Assembly (NCBI GenBank): GCA_020427345.1
Contig: JAGQOO010000001.1
Coordinates: 8,922 to 72,921 of the forward strand
Length of the DNA stretch: 64,000 bases
Reading direction: 5' to 3'
Source: Phycisphaerales bacterium
GTDB lineage: Bacteria; Planctomycetota; Phycisphaerae; UBA1845; Fen-1342
Part shown: positions 9,596 to 19,200 of the stretch, in pieces
How positions within the stretch are numbered: position 1 is the stretch's first letter
How the letters are laid out: each line of letters begins with the position of its first letter
Notes under the pieces: generated by a model
Told to the model about the DNA's origin: nothing
The model's database searches: none
What the model saw: only the letters and a program-made list of their open reading frames with translations
Position numbers and translations under genes: made by a program

Positions 9596-10409
9596 GCGCG
9601 GGAAAGACTCCCCCGTTGAGTTGCGCGGCCGCCCGCCGCGCCCGCCCGAGCCGAAGTTGCTGTTCCTCGACGAGGACATGCTCGTCGTCGACAAGCCGGC
9701 CGGGTATCTGTCCGCGCCGGGGCGCGGCGACGCGCCGTGCGTTCTGGACGCCTTGCGCGCCATGCCGGAGCTTCCGGACGACGCCCCTTTGCGAATTGTG
9801 CACCGGCTGGATCGCGACGCGAGCGGATTATTGTGCGTCGCGCGAACCCGCCAGGGCCAGCGCGGCCTCGTCGGGCAGTTTATGGACCGGGTAGTTGAAA
9901 AGGCCTATCACGCGATCGTGCTCGGCGTCATTCCGGACGCCGGGCAGGTCAACGCGCCGATTTCGTGGGACGATCGCGAAGGTCGCTCGCGCATCGGTGG
10001 AAGGCGCGCGAAACCCTCCCTTACGCGATACGCGCCGCTGGAGGCGCTGTTCGGTCATACGCTGGTCGAGTGTCAGCCGGTGACCGGGCGCACGCATCAG
10101 ATTCGTGTGCACATGGCTCACTACGGGCATCCGCTGGCGGTCGATCCGGATTACGGCGGGGCGAGCGAGTTGCGGTTGTCGGATCTGAAAACCAACTACC
10201 ACGCCAGCACGCGACGCCCGGAGCGGCCGCTGATTTCGCGGCTGACGCTGCACGCGGCCCGGCTGGGGCTGCGGCACCCGATTTCCGGCGAGCCGCAGGC
10301 GTTTGAGTCGCCCTGGCCGAAGGACTTTCGAGCGGCTGTGACGCAACTGCGGCGGCTTCTAGGCCGAGACGACGCAGCCGCCCCGAATGACGTCATTCTC
10401 GACCAGTAA
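9585..10409 (+). CDS. RluA-family pseudouridine synthase
   Basis: LVVDKPAGYLS, catalytic HRLDRDASGLL and TGRTHQIRVHMA motifs. Confidence 0.9.
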   Translation: MGSRRGKDSPVELRGRPPRPPEPKLLFLDEDMLVVDKPAGYLSAPGRGDAPCVLDALRAMPELPDDAPLRIVHRLDRDASGLLCVARTRQGQRGLVGQFMDRVVEKAYHAIVLGVIPDAGQVNAPISWDDREGRSRIGGRRAKPSLTRYAPLEALFGHTLVECQPVTGRTHQIRVHMAHYGHPLAVDPDYGGASELRLSDLKTNYHASTRRPERPLISRLTLHAARLGLRHPISGEPQAFESPWPKDFRAAVTQLRRLLGRDDAAAPNDVILDQ

Positions 10410-10502
10410 TCCGCGCTATTTCCGCAATCACGAGTGGCAGACGGCCCAATCGCGCGCCTATGAATGAGTGGCAAGGTTCGCCAATTTCTTCTGGAGGGGA
10501 TT

Positions 10503-11219
10503 ATGAGACGTTGGGCCTGGTTGGCGGCGGTTTGTCTGAGCGGGGCGGCCCTTGGCGAGACGGTGAACCTGTACCCCTCGCGCGACACGACGATTTACTC
10601 GGAAGATTCGGGCGCCAGCAACGGGCTTGGGCAGTGGATGTTCGCCGGGCGGACCGGAACCGGCTCGACGCGGCGGGCGTTGGTCAACTTCCGGGTCGCT
10701 GGCATCATCCCCGATGGCGCCGTGATCGAGAACGTGTCGGTCCGGCTGCACATGTCGCGCACGACCTCCGGAGCGCAGGACGTCGGATTGCACCGGCTGC
10801 TTGCCTCATGGGGCGAGAACATCTCCGACGCCGGCGGCAACGAGGGGGCGGGCGCCCCTGCCAGCCCGAACGATGCGACTTGGCGGTATCGGTTTTATGA
10901 CGCGATCGCGTGGAATACGCCCGGCGGCGACTTTGTCGGCGCCGCAAGCGCGACCAAGAGCGTCGCGAGCGTGGAATACTATGTTTTCAGTTCGACGCAG
11001 ATGACCGCTGATGTGCAGCACTGGCTGGATAACCCGGACGAAGAGTTCGGTTGGCTGATCAAGGGAAACGAATCCTCCAGCCGGACGGCGAAGCGATTTG
11101 ATTCCGGCGACAATTCAACAAACGATTTCCGGCCGATATTGAAGGTGACGTACAGCGTTCCGGAGCCGGCGGCGGCGTTGTTGTTACTGGTTGGGGCGTT
11201 TGCCCTCCGACGCCGCTAA
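10503..11219 (+). CDS. PEP-CTERM-anchored secreted protein
   Basis: Start at the ATG at 10503 (ggagggga RBS). Signal peptide MRRWAWLAAVCLSGAALG. C-terminus VPEPAAALLLLVGAFALRRR matches PEP motif + TM helix + basic tail. Confidence 0.8.
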   Translation: MRRWAWLAAVCLSGAALGETVNLYPSRDTTIYSEDSGASNGLGQWMFAGRTGTGSTRRALVNFRVAGIIPDGAVIENVSVRLHMSRTTSGAQDVGLHRLLASWGENISDAGGNEGAGAPASPNDATWRYRFYDAIAWNTPGGDFVGAASATKSVASVEYYVFSSTQMTADVQHWLDNPDEEFGWLIKGNESSSRTAKRFDSGDNSTNDFRPILKVTYSVPEPAAALLLLVGAFALRRR

Positions 11220-11313
11220 CGACAGCGCGGACGAACGGCGACATCGCCCCCTAATTCGCCCGCCCCTCGCTACACTCCCTCATTCTGGCGACAACAAGAA
11301 TGGGGACATCCCG

Positions 11314-12498
11314 ATGCGAATCGCATACTTCGACTGTTTCTCCGGCGTGGCCGGCGATATGACGCTGGCGGCGCTGCTGGACGCCGGCTGTCCGCGCGAC
11401 GCGCTGGATGATTGCGTGCGGCGGCTGAACCTGCCGGGCGTTTCGCTGCGCGTCGAGCGCGTCAAGCGGCATGGAATCTCGGCGAATCACGTCACTGTCG
11501 AGATTCCCGATGAAGCGAAGAAGGCCCATCGCCATCTCTCCCATATCGAGAAGATCATTGATGCGGCGGACCTGCCGACGGCAGTCGCGGACAATGCGAA
11601 ACGCGTCTTCCGGCGATTGGCCGAAGCCGAGGCGAAGGTGCACGGCACAACCGTCGAGAAAGTGCACTTTCACGAGGTCGGCGCTGTCGACGCGATTGTC
11701 GATGTCGTCGGCGCGTGCGCGGGATTGGCGGAACTTCGCATTGATCGTGTGGTGTGCGCGCCGATTCCGACTGGCCATGGCACGGTGATGTGCGAACATG
11801 GGCTGATGCCCGTGCCTGCGCCGGCGACCGCGGAACTGCTTGTCGGCGTGCCGCTGGCGGCTTGCGACGAGCCCGCCGAACTGACGACGCCAACCGGCGC
11901 GGCGCTGATGACGACATTGGCGAGTTCGTTCGGGCCGCCGCCATCGATGCGACTGAACGCAATCGGAGTTGGGGCCGGCACGCGCGAGGGTAAGACCCGC
12001 GCGAATATTCTTCGGATCATGATTGGCGAAGTCGCCGCGGCTGACGGCGAGACGAGCGACTCGGTGGTGGTGCTGGAGTCGCAGATTGACGACGCGACCG
12101 GGCAGGAGCTGGCGCACGCCGCGCAAAAATTGCTTGAGGCCGGAGCGCTCGATGTCATGCTGATTCCGGCGCAAATGAAGAAAGGCCGGCCGGGGAGTTT
12201 GCTGACAGTGCTGGCGGGCGCCGAAAACGCGGATTTGCTTCAGTCGATGGTATTGCGGGAAACGCCGACGTTCGGCGTGCGGCGGAGCGAGGCGCGACGG
12301 GTGAAACTGGCCCGCGAAATCGTGCGGGTCGACACGCGTTTTGGACCGATCGAGTTAAAGGTCGGACAGCGCGGGGACACGCGGCGGGCCTGGCCGGAGT
12401 ATGAGTCGTGCGCGGAAGCGGCCCGGCGCCATGAGGCGCCGCTGGCCGAGGTGCAGCAGGAGGCGTTGCGCGTCTGGCGAAATGAGCATACTGGCTGA
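11314..12498 (+). CDS. larC: LarC-family (nickel-pincer cofactor nickel-insertion) protein
   Basis: N-terminus MRIAYFDCFSGVAGDMTLAALLDAG is characteristic of LarC/UPF0272. About 394 aa. The longer ORF from 11191 is an over-extension. Confidence 0.8.
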   Translation: MRIAYFDCFSGVAGDMTLAALLDAGCPRDALDDCVRRLNLPGVSLRVERVKRHGISANHVTVEIPDEAKKAHRHLSHIEKIIDAADLPTAVADNAKRVFRRLAEAEAKVHGTTVEKVHFHEVGAVDAIVDVVGACAGLAELRIDRVVCAPIPTGHGTVMCEHGLMPVPAPATAELLVGVPLAACDEPAELTTPTGAALMTTLASSFGPPPSMRLNAIGVGAGTREGKTRANILRIMIGEVAAADGETSDSVVVLESQIDDATGQELAHAAQKLLEAGALDVMLIPAQMKKGRPGSLLTVLAGAENADLLQSMVLRETPTFGVRRSEARRVKLAREIVRVDTRFGPIELKVGQRGDTRRAWPEYESCAEAARRHEAPLAEVQQEALRVWRNEHTG

Positions 12499-13132
12499 CA
12501 TCACATTCGGTTCGTGGACGCCCGCACTGCTGGTGATGGGCGCCATTGTCGTCATGATGGGGATGATCCGGCGGAACTACCGGCCTACCGGCACGGTGCG
12601 CGAGGTGGCCCGCGACAACATGGCGCGATTGAAAGAACAGCGCGATGTGCGTGACTCGATGGACAAGTTGCTGATCGAACTGGAGGAAGTTTCGCGGACG
12701 GTTTCGGCGGAGATCGAGACGCGTTTCGCGAAGCTCGAAGTCGCGATCAAAGACGCGGACGCGCGGCTGGCGGAGTTGCGGTCGCTGGCCGAGTCGGGCG
12801 TCCGGGCGGAAAACCCCACAGACCGAGATGGCGCCGACGTCGAGGGATTGAATGCTGCCCCGACGGACGACCGCGCCCGTCAGGGCGCGACCGAGATTGA
12901 TGTGCTGCTCGACGATTTCGAACCGAACCCCAGGCCATCCCCAACCGTAACCGTAACGATCCCCAAGCCAATCGTTGACGATCGCCGGCTGGCGATGGCG
13001 GAGGCGCTCAAACAGAAAGTCCACGAACTTCAGGACGCGGGCCGGCGGCCCATGGAAATCGCGGAGTCGCTGGGCGTTACGCTGGGTGAAGTGGAGTTGC
13101 TGCTGCAATTGAGGGCGTATGGCGGTCGATAG
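12482..13132 (+). CDS. Membrane-anchored coiled-coil protein with C-terminal HTH-like segment (DUF2802-like architecture)
   Basis: The ATG at 12482 overlaps the larC 3' end by 17 nt. One TM helix (WTPALLVMGAIVVMMGMI), a coiled coil, and C-terminal MEIAESLGVTLGEVELLLQL resembling sigma-70 region-4-type HTH. Confidence 0.55.
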   Translation: MSILADITFGSWTPALLVMGAIVVMMGMIRRNYRPTGTVREVARDNMARLKEQRDVRDSMDKLLIELEEVSRTVSAEIETRFAKLEVAIKDADARLAELRSLAESGVRAENPTDRDGADVEGLNAAPTDDRARQGATEIDVLLDDFEPNPRPSPTVTVTIPKPIVDDRRLAMAEALKQKVHELQDAGRRPMEIAESLGVTLGEVELLLQLRAYGGR

Positions 13133-13305
13133 CCGCTCGGCCTCCGTTCGCAACGCCCCTGACTATCGGTCCTTACCCGCCTCGGCGGGCAAGAAACCTG
13201 TTGCCTCGTGCCGATTTGATCGAATAAGATGTATGTGGAATACTGTTGTAAGGTAGCCGCTGGAGTAACGGCTGCCTGGCCGGCTTCAGAGGTATCGCGG
13301 AAACC

Positions 13306-13554
13306 ATGTCAGTTCATCCTATCTCTTCGAGCATGTTGCTTGCGGCCGCCATTGAAGGCGCCCAGTCCGACCAAGCAAAGCCGTTCAACTATGTAGTGGC
13401 GTGGACCGACGTCGAAGCGGCCCAACCGTCGATCAAGCTGAAGGGTTTTGACAACCCGGACAGCGTGGCCAGCTACTTTGCGGGACAGGATAATGTGCGG
13501 TACATTGCTCACGCTCGTGGGCATGGCGAGGACCGCATCTTCATCGGCCTATGA
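13306..13554 (+). CDS. Small hypothetical protein (82 aa) in low-GC islet
   Basis: ORF with local codon usage different from the bulk. No recognisable motif. Lies 37 nt upstream of the retropepsin-like gene. Confidence 0.4.
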   Translation: MSVHPISSSMLLAAAIEGAQSDQAKPFNYVVAWTDVEAAQPSIKLKGFDNPDSVASYFAGQDNVRYIAHARGHGEDRIFIGL

Positions 13555-13591
13555 TCGCCCTTTACGAGCGATTTGCTCGAAAAGGGACTCT

Positions 13592-14128
13592 ATGCCCGTT
13601 ATCCAGGTGTTGCACTCCCAGCATCGCCCATTCGCCGCGGCCACTCTTGAATACGACAATACGCCGCTGGACAAAGTCCCGATCAAGTTCCTGATCGATA
13701 CAGGCGCGACGCGGTCGGTAATCACTCCGTGGTACGAGCGACAACTGCGTGACAAGTACCCAAACATCAACCTCAAGTTTATGCCGGACGCAATCAAGGC
13801 CGTGCAGACGCTGAATGGAGAGGTTCCCGTGCGGGCGCTGCCGAGGGTGGCACTGCGCTTCGACACCTTATCCGGAGCCCCGCTGGTGATTCCGCTGAAG
13901 TGGATCTACTTCCTGCAACCCGATCCACCGGACAGAAAAAAGGCAAAGTCGCCTCCAGCTCCGCTCGAACACTCGCTGCTGGGGCAGGACGTAATCTCGC
14001 AACACGCGCTAATGACTGTTCGCGTTGAAGGGGGCGTATTGACGCAACAATCCGAGCGCGTCAGCAAATGGACCGAGGAACTTTGCGGTCCGGCGGCGCC
14101 CGCACCAACCACTGAGTGGGTTAGCTAA
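13592..14128 (+). CDS. Retropepsin-like (clan AA) aspartic protease
   Basis: Start at the ATG at 13592 (MPVIQVL...). Active-site signature FLIDTGATRSVI (D-T-G-A). Confidence 0.7.
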   Translation: MPVIQVLHSQHRPFAAATLEYDNTPLDKVPIKFLIDTGATRSVITPWYERQLRDKYPNINLKFMPDAIKAVQTLNGEVPVRALPRVALRFDTLSGAPLVIPLKWIYFLQPDPPDRKKAKSPPAPLEHSLLGQDVISQHALMTVRVEGGVLTQQSERVSKWTEELCGPAAPAPTTEWVS

Positions 14129-14191
14129 CGACGACGGGCTTGACCGGCGTTCTCCTCGACTTGGATTTGTTAGGGGGATCGCCTTCGCAGC

Positions 14192-15034
14192 CTACTCAGC
14201 GGACACTTCTGGCTCCTCGCTATCCGCCGCGACTTTGTCGCTTGTCAGCCAGCGGTCGAGCGCTTCGCGGGATTCGTTCGCGATGATCATCGGCGCGAGA
14301 TACTCCCGGGCGAACGTGCGCGTCGCCCAGCCGACGTGTGTGCCATCCGCGCCGCGCGATTTCAGACGCCGCGTCCAGCGCACCTGGCGCAGGCGCTTGT
14401 CATAAAGGCGGCTGTTCGCGTCGTCGAGGTCGGCGGGCCGATCAAAGCCGATCGCGCCGGCGGAGGGACCCGTGTTGCGGTCGATCGTGCCGAATACCGA
14501 CGTGCCGACCTGCAGGCTAAGGTCGTGTTCCGAATAGAAGTTGATGATGCCGCTGCGCGTGCGGCGCAGTGCGGTTGACAGGTCATAGTTCGGGGAAATG
14601 GCGGGCGCGAGAAGCATCGCCATGTCGATCTGTCGGCCCGGTGGAAGCGCTTCGAGCGCCAGGATCGCGATTCCGGCGCCGCCCGAATGGCCGACAAGGT
14701 GAATGGGCGCGCCGGGGTTCGCGTCGCGGTATTCGAGGATGCGCTTGGCGAGCTTGGCCGCTTCGTCGCGGTTTCGGTCGAGCATGGCGAGGTTGCCCAG
14801 GAAGTTGCCGGGCACCTGCGTGGTCCAATCGTATATCTCGACGTGCGACATGACACCGCCCTCGATCAAGCCGCGGGCGATGCGTTCATTCCACAGGCTG
14901 CGGCCCTCGATGCCGGGCAGCACCAACACCAGACCCTTGCGCGAGTCGCGGGCCGTATAGCCATGGTTCATGGCGCAGCCGGTGAGTGCCAGCAGGGCCG
15001 CTCCGATCGTGAGTATTGCGGTTCGGCGAGTCAT
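14192..15034 (-). CDS. Alpha/beta-fold hydrolase lipoprotein
   Basis: Start at the ATG at 15034. Lipobox MTRRTAILTIGAALLALTGC. Nucleophile elbow HLVGHSGGAGIAI (GxSxG). Confidence 0.7.
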   Translation of the reverse strand: MTRRTAILTIGAALLALTGCAMNHGYTARDSRKGLVLVLPGIEGRSLWNERIARGLIEGGVMSHVEIYDWTTQVPGNFLGNLAMLDRNRDEAAKLAKRILEYRDANPGAPIHLVGHSGGAGIAILALEALPPGRQIDMAMLLAPAISPNYDLSTALRRTRSGIINFYSEHDLSLQVGTSVFGTIDRNTGPSAGAIGFDRPADLDDANSRLYDKRLRQVRWTRRLKSRGADGTHVGWATRTFAREYLAPMIIANESREALDRWLTSDKVAADSEEPEVSAE

Positions 15035-15134
15035 TCGTTCCCTCAGATCCCACTTGCAAAGCCGGTTTTTCTCATCATATCGGCGATTGGGAGCCGTTTG
15101 GGTGAATCGGGCCTGACCGCCGGTCTTTGGGCGC

Positions 15135-15617
15135 CTAACGCCCCGAAACGAACGACCAGCGCCGGCCTCGCCAGCCCAACCACAAGGGAGCAACGCCGAG
15201 GAGCGTGAGCGCGATCGCGGTGACGGTCGCCGTGGACAGGGCCCGGCGAATGAGCACATCACCGGCGGCGGGGTCGGCCACCCACAGCACGGCCTCAGCG
15301 ATCAGCGCGGCAATGAAGGCGATGATCGCGCGAATCCACCAGACGCGGCCGTCGGCCCAGCCGCGGGCGACCGTAACGAAGACGGACGCCGCCCCAAGCG
15401 CGAACGCGTGGACACCGAGGGGCCCGGTGGAACCAAGATCCTGAACAAAGCCGGTGAGCCAGGCGGCGATGCGGGCGTCGTGGCGATTTGCCCCGAATGA
15501 GACCGCGCACGCGAGAATCAAAAACAGATCAATCGCGTTCCAGCCCAAGCGGCCGATCAGCATGGTCTGGCCGAAGTAGGCCATGACGAGCAGCGCGGCG
15601 AAGAGCCCCCAGCGCAC
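15135..15617 (-). CDS. mreD: MreD-like polytopic membrane protein
   Basis: Four to five TM helices. AWLTGFVQDLGSTGPLGVHAFALGA resembles the conserved MreD segment (E. coli [24 protein letters not shown], recalled from memory). The start abuts the stop of the upstream lipoprotein gene. Confidence 0.5.
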   Translation of the reverse strand: MRWGLFAALLVMAYFGQTMLIGRLGWNAIDLFLILACAVSFGANRHDARIAAWLTGFVQDLGSTGPLGVHAFALGAASVFVTVARGWADGRVWWIRAIIAFIAALIAEAVLWVADPAAGDVLIRRALSTATVTAIALTLLGVAPLWLGWRGRRWSFVSGR

Positions 15618-16232
15618 CTATCCGCCTCTTCTCGGCAGGTTGGTCGGCAGGGTCGCGTTGTCCATCGGCACGCGGAGCAGCTTTGGCGGAGATTCGATTT
15701 CGCGGCCGTCGTTGCGCTGGTAGGAAAAGACGATCTGTACCCAGTCGCCGCCCAGATTCAGATCGTCTGGCCAGGACAGGATGAAGCCGTAGTAGTAGCC
15801 CCCGATGGCCGCCTTTCGCACGGCGAATCCCATTGCCTCGCTTGCGGGGAGTTCCCACTCGTGGGCGAGTTCGCGCTGGGGGTCACCTTTGTCGTCGGCG
15901 TAGAGACGATAGAGATGGGCGCGGATCACGCCGTCGACAAACGCGCCCTTCTCCGTCTTGCCCGAGACGAAGTAGGTGGCGACGCGAAACGCGCGGACGC
16001 GACCATCGCGCAAACCCCACGGATCGCGCGGCCAGTACTGAATGATCTCGATGATATCATCGCGCGCCGGCACGCGCGTCGGCTCCACCTCGCGCGGCTT
16101 GACGGTCGGGCGGGAATCTGTGTTCAGGATGCGCACATCCGACGGCACCTGTCCCTTGGGCGGCGCCTCGCATCCGGCGCCGACCAACGCCATCCCCATT
16201 CCCGCAATGACAATCGCAATCAACCGCATCAT
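15618..16232 (-). CDS. Lipoprotein immediately downstream of the secretin (candidate pilotin/accessory)
   Basis: Lipobox MMRLIAIVIAGMGMALVGAGC. Starts 12 nt after the secretin stop. No other motif recognised. Confidence 0.65.
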   Translation of the reverse strand: MMRLIAIVIAGMGMALVGAGCEAPPKGQVPSDVRILNTDSRPTVKPREVEPTRVPARDDIIEIIQYWPRDPWGLRDGRVRAFRVATYFVSGKTEKGAFVDGVIRAHLYRLYADDKGDPQRELAHEWELPASEAMGFAVRKAAIGGYYYGFILSWPDDLNLGGDWVQIVFSYQRNDGREIESPPKLLRVPMDNATLPTNLPRRGG

Positions 16233-16244
16233 TCTCCGATCGCG

Positions 16245-19200
16245 CTACTTGTTCTGGGGCGTCAGCGTGTTTGACCCGGTCAGCTTGACTTTGCGCTGAT
16301 CCTGCAGGGTCAGCGGAATCTCGTACGCGTTTCCGTTCAACTGCGGGGCGCCCCCGCGCGAACCGAGCGGAATGTCATATCCGGCGTTGCGCGGCGCGGC
16401 GCCCGGGGTTGGCGAACGCGGCCCCGGGAATGGGCCGAGCGTGTCATCCGCCGTTGTAGGCGCGAGGCGCTCCGGACGAACGCGCAGGTTGCCCATCAGG
16501 CGACTGCTGAGCACGTCCGGCGGGAGAATGCCGCTTTCGTCGCGGGCGCGAACCGAGACATCGCGGAAATCATCCACCGTACGCACCACCCGCGGCGTGA
16601 GAACAAGCAGCAGCTCATTGCGCCGGGTTTCGTTCGTGCGATTGGACGCAAGGAGCCCGAGAATCGGCACATCGCCGAGGATCGGAATCTTCTGCTCGCG
16701 GCGGTTTTCGCGCGATGTGATCAAACCGCCGAGCACAACCGTCTCGGCGTCGCGCACGCTGACGGTCGTTTCGGCTTCGCGACGGAAGAAGACCGGGGCC
16801 GTGACGCCCTGGCCGACGTCGACAGTCGAATCGGTCAGGTCGGACACTTCCTGATGGACTTCCATGCGAACGAAATTGTCAGGATTGATCTGCGGCGTCA
16901 CTTCGAGGCGAATACCGATTCGCTCGCGGGCAACCTGCGTCGTCACCTGGCCGGCGACGCTCGTGCTGGTCCCGGTCACATAGGGGACGTCGTTGCTGAT
17001 GTCGATGATCGCCTGCTGGCCGTCCATGGCGACGATCTGCGGACGGCTGAGCACGTTGAGACTGCCTTCGTTCTGTAACGTGCGGAGCAGGAAGTTGAAG
17101 TCGGCGCCGGTGATGGTGAAGCTGAAACCGCCGAGGCCGGTTCCGGCGGCGCCAAGGTCTGTGCCGCCGACGAAGTCGAACGTGGTCGTGTCGGTCGGGC
17201 CGGCCTTGGTGAACTGCAAATCCTGGAACGCGAATTCGACACCGAGGTCAAGCGAGTTGTCGACCGTGACTTCGACAATGAGCACTTCGATCATCACCTG
17301 CGACGGTGGTTGATCGAGCTGGTTCAGCAGGTCGAGCACTTCCTCGCGCCGACGCGGGGAGAAGTCGACGATCAGGCGGTTGCTTTCTTCGGCCGAATAG
17401 ACGCCAATCTGGCGCTCGATTTTGGCGGTCGCCGAAATCTGATTTTCAAGTTCGCCGAGGATCTGCTGCTGGCCCTCATTGTACTGAGTGATCTGCTCGC
17501 GTAACGAGGCCGGTGGCGAGTACCGAGGGTTGTAAACGATCTGCTGGCGCGGCTGGTCCTCGACGCTGTCGAGCTGAATGACGAGTTCCTCAAGCAAATC
17601 GAGGTAGCCCTCGGTGCCGGCGGCGACGATCGAATTGGTGCGCGGCTCCGTTGTAAACCGCAGCTCCTGTCGGCCCGCGGCAGCCCCGATTACGGCGATG
17701 TCTGACGTTCCGCCGGCGCCTTGGCCAGATTGCTGCTGCTGCTCAAACAGGTCGTTTAGCATCGTGACCATTTGTTCCGCGTCACTGTTCCGCAGGCGGA
17801 TGACGCGAATCGGCACCGCGTCCGGCGGTTGATCGACGGCCGCGATCAGCGAGTCGAGCAACTCGACGCTTTCCGGCGGCATGATGACGACGATCTCGTT
17901 GGTGCGCGTATTGTCGATCACGGTGATGTTCTGGCGCACGCCGCGCGGCAGGCCGTTGATTTTCAAGTCCGGCCGTGACGCGAGAATCAGGTTGACCGCC
18001 GAACCGGCTTCGTCGGTTCGCGAGCCCGCGCCGCCGGCTCCACCGCCGTCGCCTGTGACTGTGCCGGCCTCGAGACCGAGGATGTTGCGAAGCAACTCGC
18101 CCGCGAGTTCGACATCGGTTTGCGTGAGTTTGTAGATTTTCACGACGGCGTTGTTGCGCGCTTCGGCGCTATCGAGCTGATCGAGCAGCGACTCAATGTC
18201 GTGCACGATTATCGGTGGGCCGACGACGACAATCGCGTTTGTCGACGGATCGTGGAATACGGTTACATCGCTGCCGGCCCCTTGCTGGCCCGACACCTGA
18301 TAGATTTCCTGGGCCCGCTGCGCGAGTTGCTCGGCGTCACCACGCCGAACGGGAATCACCCGAGTCACGCGTCCGCCGGGGTCGAGCGGTTTGTCGAGGA
18401 TTTCGATCCAGCGTTCGAGTTGGGTCATATCCTCGCGCGCCGCGGAGAGCAGCAGGCTGTTGGAGTACGGATCGGCGGCGATGTAGATCGGCGTGCCTTC
18501 CGATTGCTGGCCCTGCGCGCCGCCGCCGCTGCGCGAGCGATCGACCATTTCCTGCAACAGGCGGGCGATATTCGAGGCGGAGCCGAGCAGCACGGGACGC
18601 AGACGCACTTCGGTCGTCGGGACGGCGTCGCGGTCGAGGTTGTCGATGTACATCTTGGCTTCGTTGAGATAGTCGCGCGTGCCGACGAGCAGCAACGAGT
18701 TTGTGCGGTTGTCCGCAAGCACGTGCAGAATGTTCTTCTGCCCGTCGGGGGACACGTCTCGCTCCGATTCGCGGCGGCGGTCGAACATTTCCTGCAGCAG
18801 CGAAGCGAGTTTGACCGCGTCCGCCTTCTGCATGCCGAGCATTTCCGTCGCGACGATCTGCGACGCGTCGGCGTCATCGAGCGATGTTGCGAGGGTGCGG
18901 ACCATCTCCAGCATTTCCGGCGCGGCTACTACGATCAGCGAGTTTGAACGATCGTCGGCGCGTAGGATCGCGCCGTCACGAGCGCGATTCGCCTCGACGC
19001 CGATTGCCTGCATGCGCTGATCGATCACTTCGGTCAGTTGTTCGGCGATCTGCGACGCCTGCGTTTGGCGCAAGTGGATGACTTCGGGCTGGAGACGAAA
19101 CTCCGTCGATGGGCGATCAAGTTCCTGAATCACGCCCGCCGCGAGCAAGACGGCGTCGGTCTGGCCGATGACGAAGACGGTGTTGGTTCGCGCCTCGTGT

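Noticed and set aside
12155-13153. 332-aa minus-strand ORF
   Set aside because: It is antisense to the larC 3' end and the TM/coiled-coil gene. The translation is Arg/Pro-rich with no motif.
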